Shown: positions 39,801 to 50,257, numbered from the stretch's first letter. The stretch is DNA of 64,000 nucleotides from Candidatus Bathyarchaeota archaeon (GCA_963826715.1 CAWGYA010000008.1:320001-384000); one strand, 5' to 3'. Numbers and translations are program-made. The notes: generated by a model from the letters alone, not told the origin.

Positions 39801-40301
39801 ATGGCGGACATACGTGTAGTCACTGTTAAGTTACCTGAAGATGTCTACCAGGAGATGGCGCTTCGGATACCCGACGGTGAAAGAAGCGATTTCATAAGGG
39901 AAGCCATCTACGATAAACTCCAAAAAACCCCCAGACCCGATACATTACTCACTCTACAAGAGAGAATGAGCAAGATCGAAGAGGAATTCGGATTAATCCG
40001 CAAGAACCTCGCAGACCTAGAAATCCTCACATTCCAACATGGCAAAATCAACCCTCACCAATTCAGTATAGACGACATAGACCACAAAATCATCGAATAC
40101 CTACTCCATTACAAATCAGCAACAACCCCAGATCTCGCTAACTACCTAAAAACCAACCGCTGGCTCGTACTTAATAGGTTGAGAAAAATCGAGAAAAACA
40201 GCAAAAAACAACTTGGAAAATCCATTATCGAATACTATGCAGGTGAGAAATCAGGCAAGAAAAAGGCGTGGTGGCTTGATGAAGAATTGATTAAGGAATA
40301 G
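39801..40301 (+). CDS. RHH + coiled-coil + wHTH regulator
   Basis: VTVKLP...RSDFIREAI (RHH) and a C-terminal HTH-like segment. Confidence 0.75.
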   Translation: MADIRVVTVKLPEDVYQEMALRIPDGERSDFIREAIYDKLQKTPRPDTLLTLQERMSKIEEEFGLIRKNLADLEILTFQHGKINPHQFSIDDIDHKIIEYLLHYKSATTPDLANYLKTNRWLVLNRLRKIEKNSKKQLGKSIIEYYAGEKSGKKKAWWLDEELIKE

Positions 40302-40348
40302 TGTAAGCTAGCTTTAAATTGTCTTTTATGTTTGGTTTGTAAGTCAGC

Positions 40349-40424
40349 GGGCTCGTAGTCTAGCACGGATCAAGGCATCGGCCTCCGGAGCCGAGAATCC
40401 TGGGTTCAAATCCCAGCGGGCCCG
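40349..40424 (+). tRNA. tRNA-Arg(CCG)
   Basis: GGGCTCG/CGGGCCC acceptor stem; anticodon arm tcggc-ctccgga-gccga; T arm ctgggttcaaatcccag. Confidence 0.96.
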
Positions 40425-40573
40425 CCTCTAAATTATATGCAGGTACTTAAAAGAAAAGTCTGCCTGTAAAAGACGATTCTGCCTGTGTCTTCAATCAATA
40501 TACAACTAAAGTTATGTAGTCTATTTGATTTGCAATTGATGTGAAATTAGAATTGTTCCTGCCTACTCTTTTA

Positions 40574-42055
40574 CTATTTTACTAAGCTTTTAAGGTATTT
40601 CATAATGAGCTGAGGCTGGTCGAACGCAGTCCTAAGGGCTTTCTCAGGGCGCTTGAGGTGCCCCATTAAAGAGAGCCTCTTATAATCAGCCAATGCCTTT
40701 GACGCAATCTCTTTAACATCTTTGGGCAAAAATTCAGGGGTTGTAATCAGCGGCATTCCTTTAGGTTGACGAGCTTCAGCAAAAGCATTCCACGACAAAT
40801 CCGCTTCAATATATCCCTTCAATTTACAGTCTTCATAGAGCCTTGTGCCATATGATGGCGTTGCCATAAACAAATGCATGCCCACATCGTATTTTCGCTT
40901 GAGCTCTAGCGCAAAGTCAACAGTACGCTGCATATTTTCTTTGGTTTCACCGGGAAACCCAATTATATAAAATGCACCTGTTTTCAAGCCGATTTTCTTA
41001 CTATTTTGGGCAAATTCAACTACCCGCTTTAGATTAAGACTTTTACAGATGACTTTATCGAGGATTTTCTGGTCACCTGATTCGACGCCAACGAATACAC
41101 TTTTGCAACCTGACTGCTTCATCTTTTTGAGCAACTCCAGATTTAAGCAGTCAGCACGCACACCATTGGGAGTTTCCCAACCGATTTTGATTTTGCGATC
41201 TGTTATGCCTTCACAGATGGTTTCAAACCGTTTCAAGTCAAGCGTTAAATTATCGTCCTCAAAAAAAATGTTCTTAACAGCATACTTTTCTACGACGTAC
41301 TGTATATGGTTTAACACATATTGGGCCGAGTGAGCCCGAAAGCTCCGACCCATGTGCAGATTCACCGCGCAGAAACAACAATTAAAAGGACAGCCTCGAC
41401 TTGTAATCAAGGATATTGCACGGTCTTGAAAGCTGCGGTAACCAATCTTCCTTTGACTAAGATATTGCTCCATATCCACCAAGTCGTAAGCTGGATACGG
41501 CAGCGTATCTAAATCATCAAGAAACGGTCGATGAGGATTCACAATCACATTGCCATCCTGACGGTAAGCAATGCCCTTGATTGTACTCAATTCCTTTTTA
41601 CCTTCAAAATATTGCACGATCTCGAGCAGGGTAAACTCACCCTCACCAATCACAGCAATGTCAACGGTTTTTGTTTCCTCCAAAAACTCTTGAGGAACCA
41701 GAGTAACATGGGGTCCACCCATAACAGTTAAGATATGAGGGTTAACTTCTTTGGCGACCCTACTTGTTTTCACGGCATTTTCTATTTGAGCGGTAAAGGG
41801 TCCAGCAATACCAACTATGTCGGGCTTTCGCGCCGTTATCTCTTGTGATATCTGCTCGAAGCTTAAACCAATGGTTTTGGTTTCACCATTTTTTTGGAAC
41901 CCCGTTCCCATCATGAATGCATCTAAAATCTCCACAGAGTAGTTGGCTTTTTGAAGCACAGCTGCCAAGTACATTAAGCCAATGGGCAGGTTACCCGCGG
42001 GCGATTCGGAACCCGGATAGAAGGTCTGCGGAGGATTGATTAGAAGAATCTTCAT
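40574..42055 (-). CDS. B12-binding radical SAM enzyme
   Basis: P.GL.YLAA, GGPHVT, GEGE, SRGCPFNCCFC, GVESG, IIGFPGET. Confidence 0.93.
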   Translation of the reverse strand: MKILLINPPQTFYPGSESPAGNLPIGLMYLAAVLQKANYSVEILDAFMMGTGFQKNGETKTIGLSFEQISQEITARKPDIVGIAGPFTAQIENAVKTSRVAKEVNPHILTVMGGPHVTLVPQEFLEETKTVDIAVIGEGEFTLLEIVQYFEGKKELSTIKGIAYRQDGNVIVNPHRPFLDDLDTLPYPAYDLVDMEQYLSQRKIGYRSFQDRAISLITSRGCPFNCCFCAVNLHMGRSFRAHSAQYVLNHIQYVVEKYAVKNIFFEDDNLTLDLKRFETICEGITDRKIKIGWETPNGVRADCLNLELLKKMKQSGCKSVFVGVESGDQKILDKVICKSLNLKRVVEFAQNSKKIGLKTGAFYIIGFPGETKENMQRTVDFALELKRKYDVGMHLFMATPSYGTRLYEDCKLKGYIEADLSWNAFAEARQPKGMPLITTPEFLPKDVKEIASKALADYKRLSLMGHLKRPEKALRTAFDQPQLIMKYLKSLVK

Positions 42056-42289
42056 CGGCGGTACCTAAGTGATTATTTAGTTAATTTACCCCGAATATAA
42101 ATTAACCCTGTGATATCCATTTGATAAACAATTTATCTTGTAAGCTGTTTCTTGTTAAATTACCCTCAGATTACTCTGATTTTTGATGAAAGTTGGAATG
42201 TTACTGCCATGCTACAACAACATATGTTTATGAACATTTATTCGGCTCTATTCTTGATTACTTTAACAGTAAAAAAGGAGGTAAATTTT

Positions 42290-42601
42290 TTGAGTACACG
42301 AATAAAAGAAAAAGTAAAAAGCAAAATGACCGTGGTGGAAGCAGGAAGGAAAGGCGGGAAAAAAACTGCTTCAACCCATGGCAAAGAATTCTACGAAGAA
42401 ATCGGGCGCAAAGGCGGTAAAAAAGTCTCAGCTGAAAGAGGACCAGAGTTTTACAGTAAAATCGGCAGCAAAGGCGGCTCCAAACGCGCAAAACAACACA
42501 AAGGCTCAACTGAAGCTGCCGGCAAAATCAGTATAGAAGAAGCAGGTCATCGAGGGGGACAACGAAGTAGGAAATTAATTGAAGAAAGTCAAGAACAATA
42601 A
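42290..42601 (+). CDS. KGG-repeat general stress protein (GsiB/Em-like hydrophilin)
   Basis: EAGRKGG, EFYEEIGRKGG, EFYSKIGSKGG and EAGHRGG repeats; AAGGAGGT SD before TTG 42290. Confidence 0.85.
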   Translation: MSTRIKEKVKSKMTVVEAGRKGGKKTASTHGKEFYEEIGRKGGKKVSAERGPEFYSKIGSKGGSKRAKQHKGSTEAAGKISIEEAGHRGGQRSRKLIEESQEQ

Positions 42602-42936
42602 TTGGAAATAATTCTGTAATGGAATCTCAGAAAAATCCTCTACATGTCCAATATCTTGTTATACTTTTGATTGCTGACGAATATATTGAAAGGAAAACAA
42701 TGCCATCTGAAGAAAAATGAATAATATTCGAAGAATTACCTTAAACTCACAACAAAAAGTCTAAGTAAATCAGTATTAAATAAATCAATAAATTCACCAG
42801 TTGATCGAATACGTAAAGAAAAACAAAAATCAAGGTCCAATCTTAAGATACACTTAAATGAAAACTAATTTTCCTTGTTTAGAAATAGAGTGGATCTAGC
42901 ATAATGTTGAAATATTTTTGAGCTTATTTTTACCTT

Positions 42937-43380
42937 ATGAAGAAATTACTTGTATTATATTATAGCCGGAGTGGAAACACTGAAAAAATGGCTAAAGCCA
43001 TCGCTGAAGGAGCCCAAGCCATAAACGGCGTTCAAGTAGACATAAGCTACCACGTAGAACCTCAAGAGCTTAAGGACTATGACGCAATTATTGTCGGAGC
43101 ACCAACCTACCGGCATGAAATGCCTGTCGACTTCAAAAACCTATTTGAAGGGGCAGAGGCACAACACCTGAATTTAAAAAACAAAATCGGGGCAGTATTT
43201 GGCTCCTATGGATGGAGTGGTGAAGCACCCAAAATACTTTTGGATATTATGCAAACAAAACTTGAAATGATAACAACAGAACCCCCTATTTTAGCAAAAT
43301 ACATCCCCGACCAAGAAACACTTGATAAATGCAGAACTTTAGGAAAAAAAATCGCCGAAACCTTGATGAGTTCCGTTTAG
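42937..43380 (+). CDS. Flavodoxin (FprA C-terminal type)
   Basis: YYSRSGNTEKMA, GAPTY, FGSYGWSGEA. Confidence 0.92.
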   Translation: MKKLLVLYYSRSGNTEKMAKAIAEGAQAINGVQVDISYHVEPQELKDYDAIIVGAPTYRHEMPVDFKNLFEGAEAQHLNLKNKIGAVFGSYGWSGEAPKILLDIMQTKLEMITTEPPILAKYIPDQETLDKCRTLGKKIAETLMSSV

Positions 43381-43403
43381 CATAAGAGGAATGGAGAATA
43401 CTT

Positions 43404-43892
43404 ATGGAAGAAAAAAATAACGATACCCTTTTAGAATTTCTCAGAAACCAAGTGAGTGTCGAAAAGGAAATCGTAGAGTCCCTTGAAAAAGCACTTGTCG
43501 GCATGAAAAACCCTGCTGTAAAGGGTGTCCTCAAAGGAGTCTCCCTTGATTCAGTTAAACATGCAGAACTCTATACCTCCGCCATCACCCTGCTCACCAA
43601 CGCCTCAACCGCATTGACCCAAGCAGACCTCGATCAACAAAAAGCTCTAATCCAAAAACATATCGATATTGAAGCTAAACTCATAAAAGTCCTTAAAGAA
43701 AAAATTCCCAACATCCAAAACCAAAAAGTTGTTTTCCTACTAAAAGCCATCCTTGAAGATGAAATTAGGCACCATGCAATGCTTAAAATGGTTCTTGAAA
43801 TTATCGTTCATGGTGAAACCATAACTGAAGATGACTGGTGGAAGTTGCTCTGGGAAGGGGTCCCATTTCACGGTGCACCCGGTGGCGGGTAA
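43404..43892 (+). CDS. Ferritin-like / rubrerythrin-type di-iron protein
   Basis: Duplicated helix pairs E...DSVKH and E...DEIRHH. Confidence 0.8.
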   Translation: MEEKNNDTLLEFLRNQVSVEKEIVESLEKALVGMKNPAVKGVLKGVSLDSVKHAELYTSAITLLTNASTALTQADLDQQKALIQKHIDIEAKLIKVLKEKIPNIQNQKVVFLLKAILEDEIRHHAMLKMVLEIIVHGETITEDDWWKLLWEGVPFHGAPGGG

Positions 43893-43910
43893 ATAGAAAA
43901 AAGTATGGGT

Positions 43911-44855
43911 TTAAGCGTTTTCGTTTGTGTGGAAAACCTGCTGCGCATAACTCCAGGTTTCCTCAACCGTCTGCGATAACTCTTCAAGCACTGAAGCAAG
44001 CTTTTCGCCCTTAGGGGTTAAACTGTAGGCTTTTGGTGTTTTCCTCACGAAGATCAATTTTTTGCCCTTTAAGCCTCGAAGATATTTGTAAATTCGGCGC
44101 ATCGATAAACCTGTTTCTTTAGAAAGACCACCAGCGGAGATTCCTCCGGGAAGTATAAAGTCATAGATTTTTTTTTCCGTTGCTGTGAATGTTTCTTTGT
44201 TTGGGTCTCGTTTAGATTTAAAAAAGAAGATATAATCGCGTTCTTCGGGAGTTTCAATTAATCCTACTTCACGTAAGCGCTTAAGAATTCTGGATACAAT
44301 TTTCGGCAAAATAATCGTTTCTATATCATCGAAAGTTTTGGTTCCTGACAACATAGACTGCAAAACAGATTCCTCGTAACATTCGGAGTGAGCTGGCAAA
44401 ACATTAGCAAATTCTGGAAAGACACTGATGATTTCTGAAAGTCTCCCGCCGAAGGTGGTAGCGTAGTATTCGTCGCATGATTCATTAGCTAATCCAACAA
44501 CAAGTAAAGGTTGAAGGTACTCTTCACTAATCGTATCTTGGCTATGGCTGTAACCAGTTTTTTTTAGCTCCTTCTGAAGTTGGCTAACGGAATACCTGCC
44601 TTCAGCAATGGTTTTTAGAATATGTAAACGTGTTTGGTTTTTGAGAACGTTAAATAATTCTTTTATATAGCCAGGTTGTTCCATGGCTTCGCTTAGTTTG
44701 CGAAGTTCATTTTTTAATTTGTATACTTGACATCTGTTGATACATTCCAACGGTGAGGTTGGTGAGCAGTTGCGACATTCAGTGTTGAGAGTTTGCATCA
44801 TAGATGAGAAGTTACGTTTTTCACCATTTTGGGTTGGTTGGAGGACATTGCCCAT
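43911..44855 (-). CDS. Multi-wHTH protein with an N-terminal Cys cluster
   Basis: CRNC.P.SPLEC..RC followed by about three wHTH-like segments (Y.TTFG, LKRL...GLI, YSLTPKG). Confidence 0.72.
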   Translation of the reverse strand: MGNVLQPTQNGEKRNFSSMMQTLNTECRNCSPTSPLECINRCQVYKLKNELRKLSEAMEQPGYIKELFNVLKNQTRLHILKTIAEGRYSVSQLQKELKKTGYSHSQDTISEEYLQPLLVVGLANESCDEYYATTFGGRLSEIISVFPEFANVLPAHSECYEESVLQSMLSGTKTFDDIETIILPKIVSRILKRLREVGLIETPEERDYIFFFKSKRDPNKETFTATEKKIYDFILPGGISAGGLSKETGLSMRRIYKYLRGLKGKKLIFVRKTPKAYSLTPKGEKLASVLEELSQTVEETWSYAQQVFHTNENA

Positions 44856-44936
44856 TTATTGTTATTCTCCTTTATTTGGCGAGTGCCAAAACGAGATGGA
44901 GTAAATGCTTACCTATTTTTTGATCAATAACTCATA

Positions 44937-44969
44937 TTGACACGCGTCATACTTTATGACAAGCGTCAA
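44937..44969. promoter_or_regulatory. Tandem TGAC-N4-GTCA operator between divergent regulators
   Basis: tgac-acgc-gtca (44938-44949) and tgac-aagc-gtca (44957-44968), immediately before the TATA-like cttaaata. Confidence 0.65.
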
Positions 44970-45014
44970 GCTTAAATAAGTTACCCCCACAAATACACTA
45001 AATCAGGTGTTAAA

Positions 45015-45392
45015 TTGATACTGCCATGCGAGGTAGGAGTTAAAACAGTGCTACCGGCTGTCAAAGCCATAATGGCACGCACTATTGTAGAAAAACACGG
45101 CTACAACGAAAAACAAACCGCCAACCTTCTTGGACTATCACAGTCCGCAGTCAGCCGCTACATTGGCAGAGAAAGAGGTGCCAACCTTTTAGCTATAGAA
45201 AATACAAGCGAAATCCTCGCCCTCATCGACCAAATGGTCAGCTCAGTCATAAAAGAACCTAACAATCGTGCTAAAATACTAGAGCTTTTCTGCAAAACCT
45301 GCACCGCTATCCGAGAAAAAGGGCTTATGTGCCCCAAATGCCAGAAAAATATGCCAGCAATTTGGGTTGATAAATGCTTCTTCTGCCGTTGA
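45015..45392 (+). CDS. HTH transcriptional regulator (COG2522-like) with a Cys-rich tail
   Basis: PCE....VLPA, LGLSQSAVSRY...RG, three CxxC motifs. Confidence 0.85.
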   Translation: MILPCEVGVKTVLPAVKAIMARTIVEKHGYNEKQTANLLGLSQSAVSRYIGRERGANLLAIENTSEILALIDQMVSSVIKEPNNRAKILELFCKTCTAIREKGLMCPKCQKNMPAIWVDKCFFCR

Positions 45393-45835
45393 TCTTTGTC
45401 TATTAATTTTCAAAAAGTATTCAGCGAACGCTAACAGACTCTTTGGATGTTAGATAGACATAAGCCTCATCTTTTGCTTACAATTTAGTTTATACCATTT
45501 TTCGTTTTTCAGAATTTCTCTAATCGTCGACCCCAAGAATTTCAATAGTTCGAGAGAATAAATCATCAAATCGGCAAAACAGAATAAACTTAATTATGTA
45601 TCGTTTTGAAACTTTATTAAAATCGCTGTTCCATTTTTCAGAGAATACTTTGCCGTACAATGAAAAACGGAGGATTAGATATCATCCGAAAACCAACAAA
45701 AAAGCAGTCAACCTTTCACACATCAAAGAAGGCACACACACCATCTTCTACCAAACCATAAAAACAGAATGAGATACTATTAGGCACCAAACCATCAGTG
45801 AATTAAAAACTAAGTAAATCATTGCAGGTGAATAT

Positions 45836-46264
45836 TTGAGCCAAAACCAAATCAAAGAAATCCTAAAAAAATACAAAGTTATCGCGATCGTTGGCTTATC
45901 GGATCAGGTGAACAAACCCAGCCACCAAGTTGCAACCTACCTTAAAAACCATGGTTACAAAATAATCCCAGTTAACCCCTACATTTATGAGACATTGGGC
46001 GAAAAAAGCTACCCGAGCCTTCTGGATATTCCAACATCAACCCAGAGCACTATCGATGTGGTAGATATTTTCCGGCAAAGCAACGCGGTGCCATCCATAG
46101 TCGAGGAAACAATCAAACTCAAACAAAAAACGGGGCGACCGTTTGTAATTTGGATGCAGTTAGGTGTTGTTGAGTTACATTCCGCCGCCATTGCACAGAA
46201 AGCAGGATTATCTGTGGTTATGGATAAATGTTTTATGGCAGAGCATATTCATCTGCTGCGATAA
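45836..46264 (+). CDS. CoA-binding protein (YccU-like)
   Basis: IAIVGLS, YKIIPVNP, DVVDIFR, WMQLG, VMDKC. Confidence 0.93.
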   Translation: MSQNQIKEILKKYKVIAIVGLSDQVNKPSHQVATYLKNHGYKIIPVNPYIYETLGEKSYPSLLDIPTSTQSTIDVVDIFRQSNAVPSIVEETIKLKQKTGRPFVIWMQLGVVELHSAAIAQKAGLSVVMDKCFMAEHIHLLR

Positions 46265-46267
46265 GGT

Positions 46268-47131
46268 TTACGCTCCGCCCAGTATAAGCGATGCAATAGT
46301 TGCAATAATCACTATTGTCAAGGTTTCGGCAAGGGTAATCTTCCAATTGACACGGGTTTTTTTACTGCGATAACGAACAAGAAAGACACCTACTATAGCG
46401 CTAACCAGCAGAAGCGAAACTCCTACGTTATAATAAAGTGGAAGCACAAGGTATGTGGCTATTGGGATAATACCTGCTATGAAAGTTGTAACTCCACAGA
46501 TTATAGCGGCATAGAGGTTCGACCGATGTATCTCTTTGCTGAGCAACGTGAAGAGTTTCTGAACAAGTAAAAGAGATTTATCGCGTTCCCTTTTGTCAGG
46601 AATGTCACTTAAGCTGTAGTTCATGAGGTTCTGCAGCGTCATGATATCATTCAGATCCTCAGTAATTCCCCCTAGTAAAAAACTTGAAAAGTTGGTAATG
46701 GAAACTGCACTTAGTGTTAAGAAAGCAGCAAATATTACAGCAGGCTGATTTGATAGAAAGCTTGAAGTTGCAGTGAATGTGGCTATGAAGGCGGAGAGAA
46801 TAATAACCAAACTTGTGATTGAGCCATCCACCAAACCTGCTACAACCTCCATAATCGGTTCCTTTTTAAGCAACAAACTCTCCCATTCCTTGCCGAGTTT
46901 TTGTCCTTGAGGTGTCAAATAGACGAAATCATCTTTTTCTTCAATGAGTTTTTCTGCCGCCATCTCGCGAAGGGCTTTATCGAGTTCCGAAATGTCGATA
47001 CAGGCGTAGCTCACGCAAACTCGGTCAAGGCGACTTTTAAGCGCGGATTTTTTTAGTTTAAGGCCTTTGGTTAAGTTAAGCAGAACGATGACGCGGATAA
47101 CGTCAGGTAACTCTTGAATTTCAAAGGACAA
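46268..47131 (-). CDS. wHTH fused to a VIT1/CCC1-like membrane domain
   Basis: N-terminal wHTH (YLTPQG), then GLVDG, TM helices and TF.AG.IP..Y. Confidence 0.65.
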   Translation of the reverse strand: MSFEIQELPDVIRVIVLLNLTKGLKLKKSALKSRLDRVCVSYACIDISELDKALREMAAEKLIEEKDDFVYLTPQGQKLGKEWESLLLKKEPIMEVVAGLVDGSITSLVIILSAFIATFTATSSFLSNQPAVIFAAFLTLSAVSITNFSSFLLGGITEDLNDIMTLQNLMNYSLSDIPDKRERDKSLLLVQKLFTLLSKEIHRSNLYAAIICGVTTFIAGIIPIATYLVLPLYYNVGVSLLLVSAIVGVFLVRYRSKKTRVNWKITLAETLTIVIIATIASLILGGA

Positions 47132-47382
47132 TCAAATAGTCACCGAACACAAATAGTCATTCAACTATTTTCTTTACTGAAACTAATAACTTTTGCGTGG
47201 AGTTTTAGAATTTTGACTTTAATGAATTCAATTACTTCTCAAAGCCCACCTACTAACATAACCTAGAATTTGTTATTTTGATATCTTTTAACCTCTACAG
47301 AATTAAGCCTCAAACCTCAAAAAACCATTCAAAACAAATCTCTTCAGGTCTCAATAGATGATTAATGTAACAGAAAAGTGAA

Positions 47383-48339
47383 TTATTCTACGAAAATGGA
47401 GTAACTTAAAAGGGAGTCGGTTGTGCTCGAACCCGTCAAAAGATAAAGGGTGTAAACACCACTTTGATGAGTAGCTATAGCCTTGTCCATTTGGAAACTA
47501 ACCTGGAAACTATTTCTGTTTTGGCTCCAGTTACTAGCTTGTATTGTAATTCCACTTGTTACCTGATAATTGGGAGGCAAAACTGAACCAACGTAGGTAC
47601 CGGGGTTATATCCATCATTGTAAGGTGACTCCTCTATCTGCGCCTTTGTTAGAGGTTGAGGATTGTCATAGTAGATTGCGACTTGCTGGATTGCTCTCTG
47701 AATAGTCATGGTTCCCTTCAGCGTGACTGTTCCATTTATGAAAGCTAATTGTTCCCAGCTAACATAATCATCTTCGAAATCTTGGACAAGGTAAACCCGG
47801 TTTTGATCATACGAAACACCGATGCTGACACGATTATGTGTGGGATTGAGGATATTTTCTTTGTGACCCCAGTTTGAGGCGGCATCATCATTCATCATGG
47901 CCAATTCAAGTTCTTTAAGAGCAGATTTAACGTCGATTCCAAACAAACCAGATACCCCCTCCCACGCACAATTCTCTTCAACAGCGCCCATGCCTCCCGC
48001 CAGCGTGTATCGCATATAGGGTTTGTAGCCATTCAAGCCCCAGTGACTAAAGTAACTCTTCGCGAGCATATCGTCAGCATGCTGCTGAGCAGAATCTACA
48101 TTGCTCAAGGTCACATTACCCAAGCCATTAGCTTGCCTATCGGCGTTAATCAGTGATAAAACATATGCCACATATTGTTTTATTGTTGCGTTGGGATCTG
48201 ATGTTGGGGTAGGCGAAGGTGAAAAGCTATGCAGATCCGGGCTAAATAAAACAATAAAAAGTAAAGCCGCTGCTAACAAAATAGCCACAATGCCAAACGC
48301 TATGACAGCATTTCTATAGCTACGTTTCTTCGGCTCCAT
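47383..48339 (-). CDS. Membrane-anchored CAP/SCP domain protein
   Basis: N-terminal TM segment; LIN.DR..GL, AQ.HA.DM...YFSH, EN, GH..NIL. Confidence 0.9.
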   Translation of the reverse strand: MEPKKRSYRNAVIAFGIVAILLAAALLFIVLFSPDLHSFSPSPTPTSDPNATIKQYVAYVLSLINADRQANGLGNVTLSNVDSAQQHADDMLAKSYFSHWGLNGYKPYMRYTLAGGMGAVEENCAWEGVSGLFGIDVKSALKELELAMMNDDAASNWGHKENILNPTHNRVSIGVSYDQNRVYLVQDFEDDYVSWEQLAFINGTVTLKGTMTIQRAIQQVAIYYDNPQPLTKAQIEESPYNDGYNPGTYVGSVLPPNYQVTSGITIQASNWSQNRNSFQVSFQMDKAIATHQSGVYTLYLLTGSSTTDSLLSYSIFVE

Positions 48340-48373
48340 ACATTTAGCTCCAAAACTCCGTATAGGTCAACTA

Positions 48374-49114
48374 TTAATTTGCTTGAGAGAGTAAATGTTC
48401 AAGTTTTTTGCTAAGCGATGATAAGTCTTTTTCCACGTGATCTGCTTCCTGTTTGCTTTTTTCTAAATCTATCAAGCTGTTGAACTGAGAGGGAACAAAA
48501 ACTGTCTTCAATCCTACACCCTTGGCACCTTTAATATCCTCCACAGGACTATCACCTATGAAAATGGCCTCTTCTGCTTTGACTTGAAGCCGTAATAACG
48601 TATCTTGAAATATTTTTGGGCTGGGTTTTCGCCAACCCACATCATCAGAGACGACGATGGCATTAAAGTAGTTGCTAATCCCTACTTTCCTGAGGCTTTT
48701 GTGGATCACCGGCGCATGTGTGAAGTTACTGATTAAACCTATCTTTGCTTGGTCCGCGGTTTGCTTTAGCAATTTTTTGGCACCATTCCTCAATTCCAGC
48801 GTTTCGAGAAAGTCTTGGAAGAAAACATTAAGAGCTGCTTTTACCTTTGAATCCTCAGGCGATACCTTATAGCCTAAGCTACCGAGAGCTTCCGCAACCC
48901 AGATGGCGTTTGTGACTTCGCGATACTCTTCATAACGGATTTTTCGATATTTCTTGTGCGCTAAATTGTAAGCAGAAAAAAACTTGTCTTTCTCAACAAA
49001 AAAGCCTTCTTCTACAAGTGCACAATATAGATTATCCTCTGAAGCTTCCATGCTGTAGCCTCTACAGTTAACCAAAGTTCCAATGTAGTCGAAAATAACA
49101 GATTTAAAATGCAT
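48374..49114 (-). CDS. HAD-superfamily hydrolase
   Basis: IFDYIGTL, ISN, KP...IF, IGDS..EDI.GA; start placed at ATG 49114. Confidence 0.9.
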   Translation of the reverse strand: MHFKSVIFDYIGTLVNCRGYSMEASEDNLYCALVEEGFFVEKDKFFSAYNLAHKKYRKIRYEEYREVTNAIWVAEALGSLGYKVSPEDSKVKAALNVFFQDFLETLELRNGAKKLLKQTADQAKIGLISNFTHAPVIHKSLRKVGISNYFNAIVVSDDVGWRKPSPKIFQDTLLRLQVKAEEAIFIGDSPVEDIKGAKGVGLKTVFVPSQFNSLIDLEKSKQEADHVEKDLSSLSKKLEHLLSQAN

Positions 49115-49856
49115 TGCCGTTCCCTTTGCCAGCAGCAACTTTTTTGATTTGTGCCATAGCTGTGCCCATGGCTGTGTGAAGCAGTCGTCCAGGGTTACCA
49201 ATAGCCCCTTCAACTTCTGAGTCGAATGAGATTGCACCTAAATACTGCAAGTGAAGCTTCTCAGTTTCTTCTTTGATAGGGCTCGACGTAGTCATTTTCA
49301 TGTTTTCCACAACACCGACGATAGGCATTCCGAGTTCGCAGAGCAGCTCAACCTGTTTCTTAACAACTTCAAACGCCAAAAGCGAAGGCGTAGTAACAAT
49401 CAAAAACTCTATTCGCCCAACCAGCCTCACCAAATCCAAAACGGCATCACCAATGCCCGGCGGCATATCAATAATAAGGTAATCCAATTCGCCCCATCGT
49501 GTAACCGCAAGCAATTCTATTAGAGCATTTGAAACGTCTATTCCCCTCAAAGGTGTGGCCTTCCCACCGACAAAATATACTAAAGACATGTATTCCAATC
49601 CTTCAACAATGGCAGGAACTAAACCTTTGTCTTCAGTTGGCTGAAGCGAATTAGAAACACCAAGGATGATATGAGTTGAGGGACCAGTAAAGTCCACATC
49701 AAAGAGACCAACTTTAAAGCCATCCCTGACAAGTGAAAGCGCTAGCGCAGTGGCAACCATACTCTTACCAACGCCCCCTTTGCCACTGGAAACAGCAATA
49801 ATCCGTCCTATCTTTACCAACCGCTCGGATATCACACTTGTCCGCGGATCCTTCAT
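49104..49856 (-). CDS. Mrp/MinD-family ATPase, probable ATP-type HypB for nickel insertion
   Basis: MKDPR, SGKGGVGKS, ELLAVTRW, DMPPG, ENM without CxxC; coupled to hypA as in Thermococcales. Confidence 0.85.
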   Translation of the reverse strand: MKDPRTSVISERLVKIGRIIAVSSGKGGVGKSMVATALALSLVRDGFKVGLFDVDFTGPSTHIILGVSNSLQPTEDKGLVPAIVEGLEYMSLVYFVGGKATPLRGIDVSNALIELLAVTRWGELDYLIIDMPPGIGDAVLDLVRLVGRIEFLIVTTPSLLAFEVVKKQVELLCELGMPIVGVVENMKMTTSSPIKEETEKLHLQYLGAISFDSEVEGAIGNPGRLLHTAMGTAMAQIKKVAAGKGNGNAF

Positions 49857-50257
49857 AGTGACTTAGCTCCTTTTAGGTCTTCCAGCCAAACACCGCGACC
49901 ACTAGCTATTTCAAAGTCCGGGCTGCCACATTTGGGGCATTTGACATAACTGTGGGCAACTTCGGGAACGAAGTGGATAGCTTCAGCGGTAACTTTATCG
50001 AATTTTTTAGTATTATACTGCCATTTAGCATTGCAGACTCGGCATTTAAGTGTGGATTTAGCTTTTAGAATTCGAAATGTTGCTTTCTTCAGTTTACCTG
50101 CTCGAAGCTGTTTGAGGGCAAAACGTAGAATTAGCGGCTCAACCTGCTGCAAATCCCCAACACGTATCGTGACTTCTGAAACCGACTCTAACCCTTCTTG
50201 ATCAGCAATCTGTTCTGCTGTGGCAAGAATGCCTTCAGCTAATGCCCATTCATGCAT
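49853..50257 (-). CDS. hypA: Hydrogenase nickel incorporation protein HypA
   Basis: MHEWALA, CRVC, EAIHFVPE, CPKCGS.DFEI..GRG. Confidence 0.95.
   Translation of the reverse strand: MHEWALAEGILATAEQIADQEGLESVSEVTIRVGDLQQVEPLILRFALKQLRAGKLKKATFRILKAKSTLKCRVCNAKWQYNTKKFDKVTAEAIHFVPEVAHSYVKCPKCGSPDFEIASGRGVWLEDLKGAKSL

Noticed and set aside
40425-42930. Possible island at tRNA-Arg(CCG)
   Set aside because: I found no duplicated tRNA 3' end and no integrase downstream.
49104-50257. Second Mrp ATPase lacking CxxC next to hypA
   Set aside because: Matches the described Thermococcales HypA plus ATP-type HypB arrangement.
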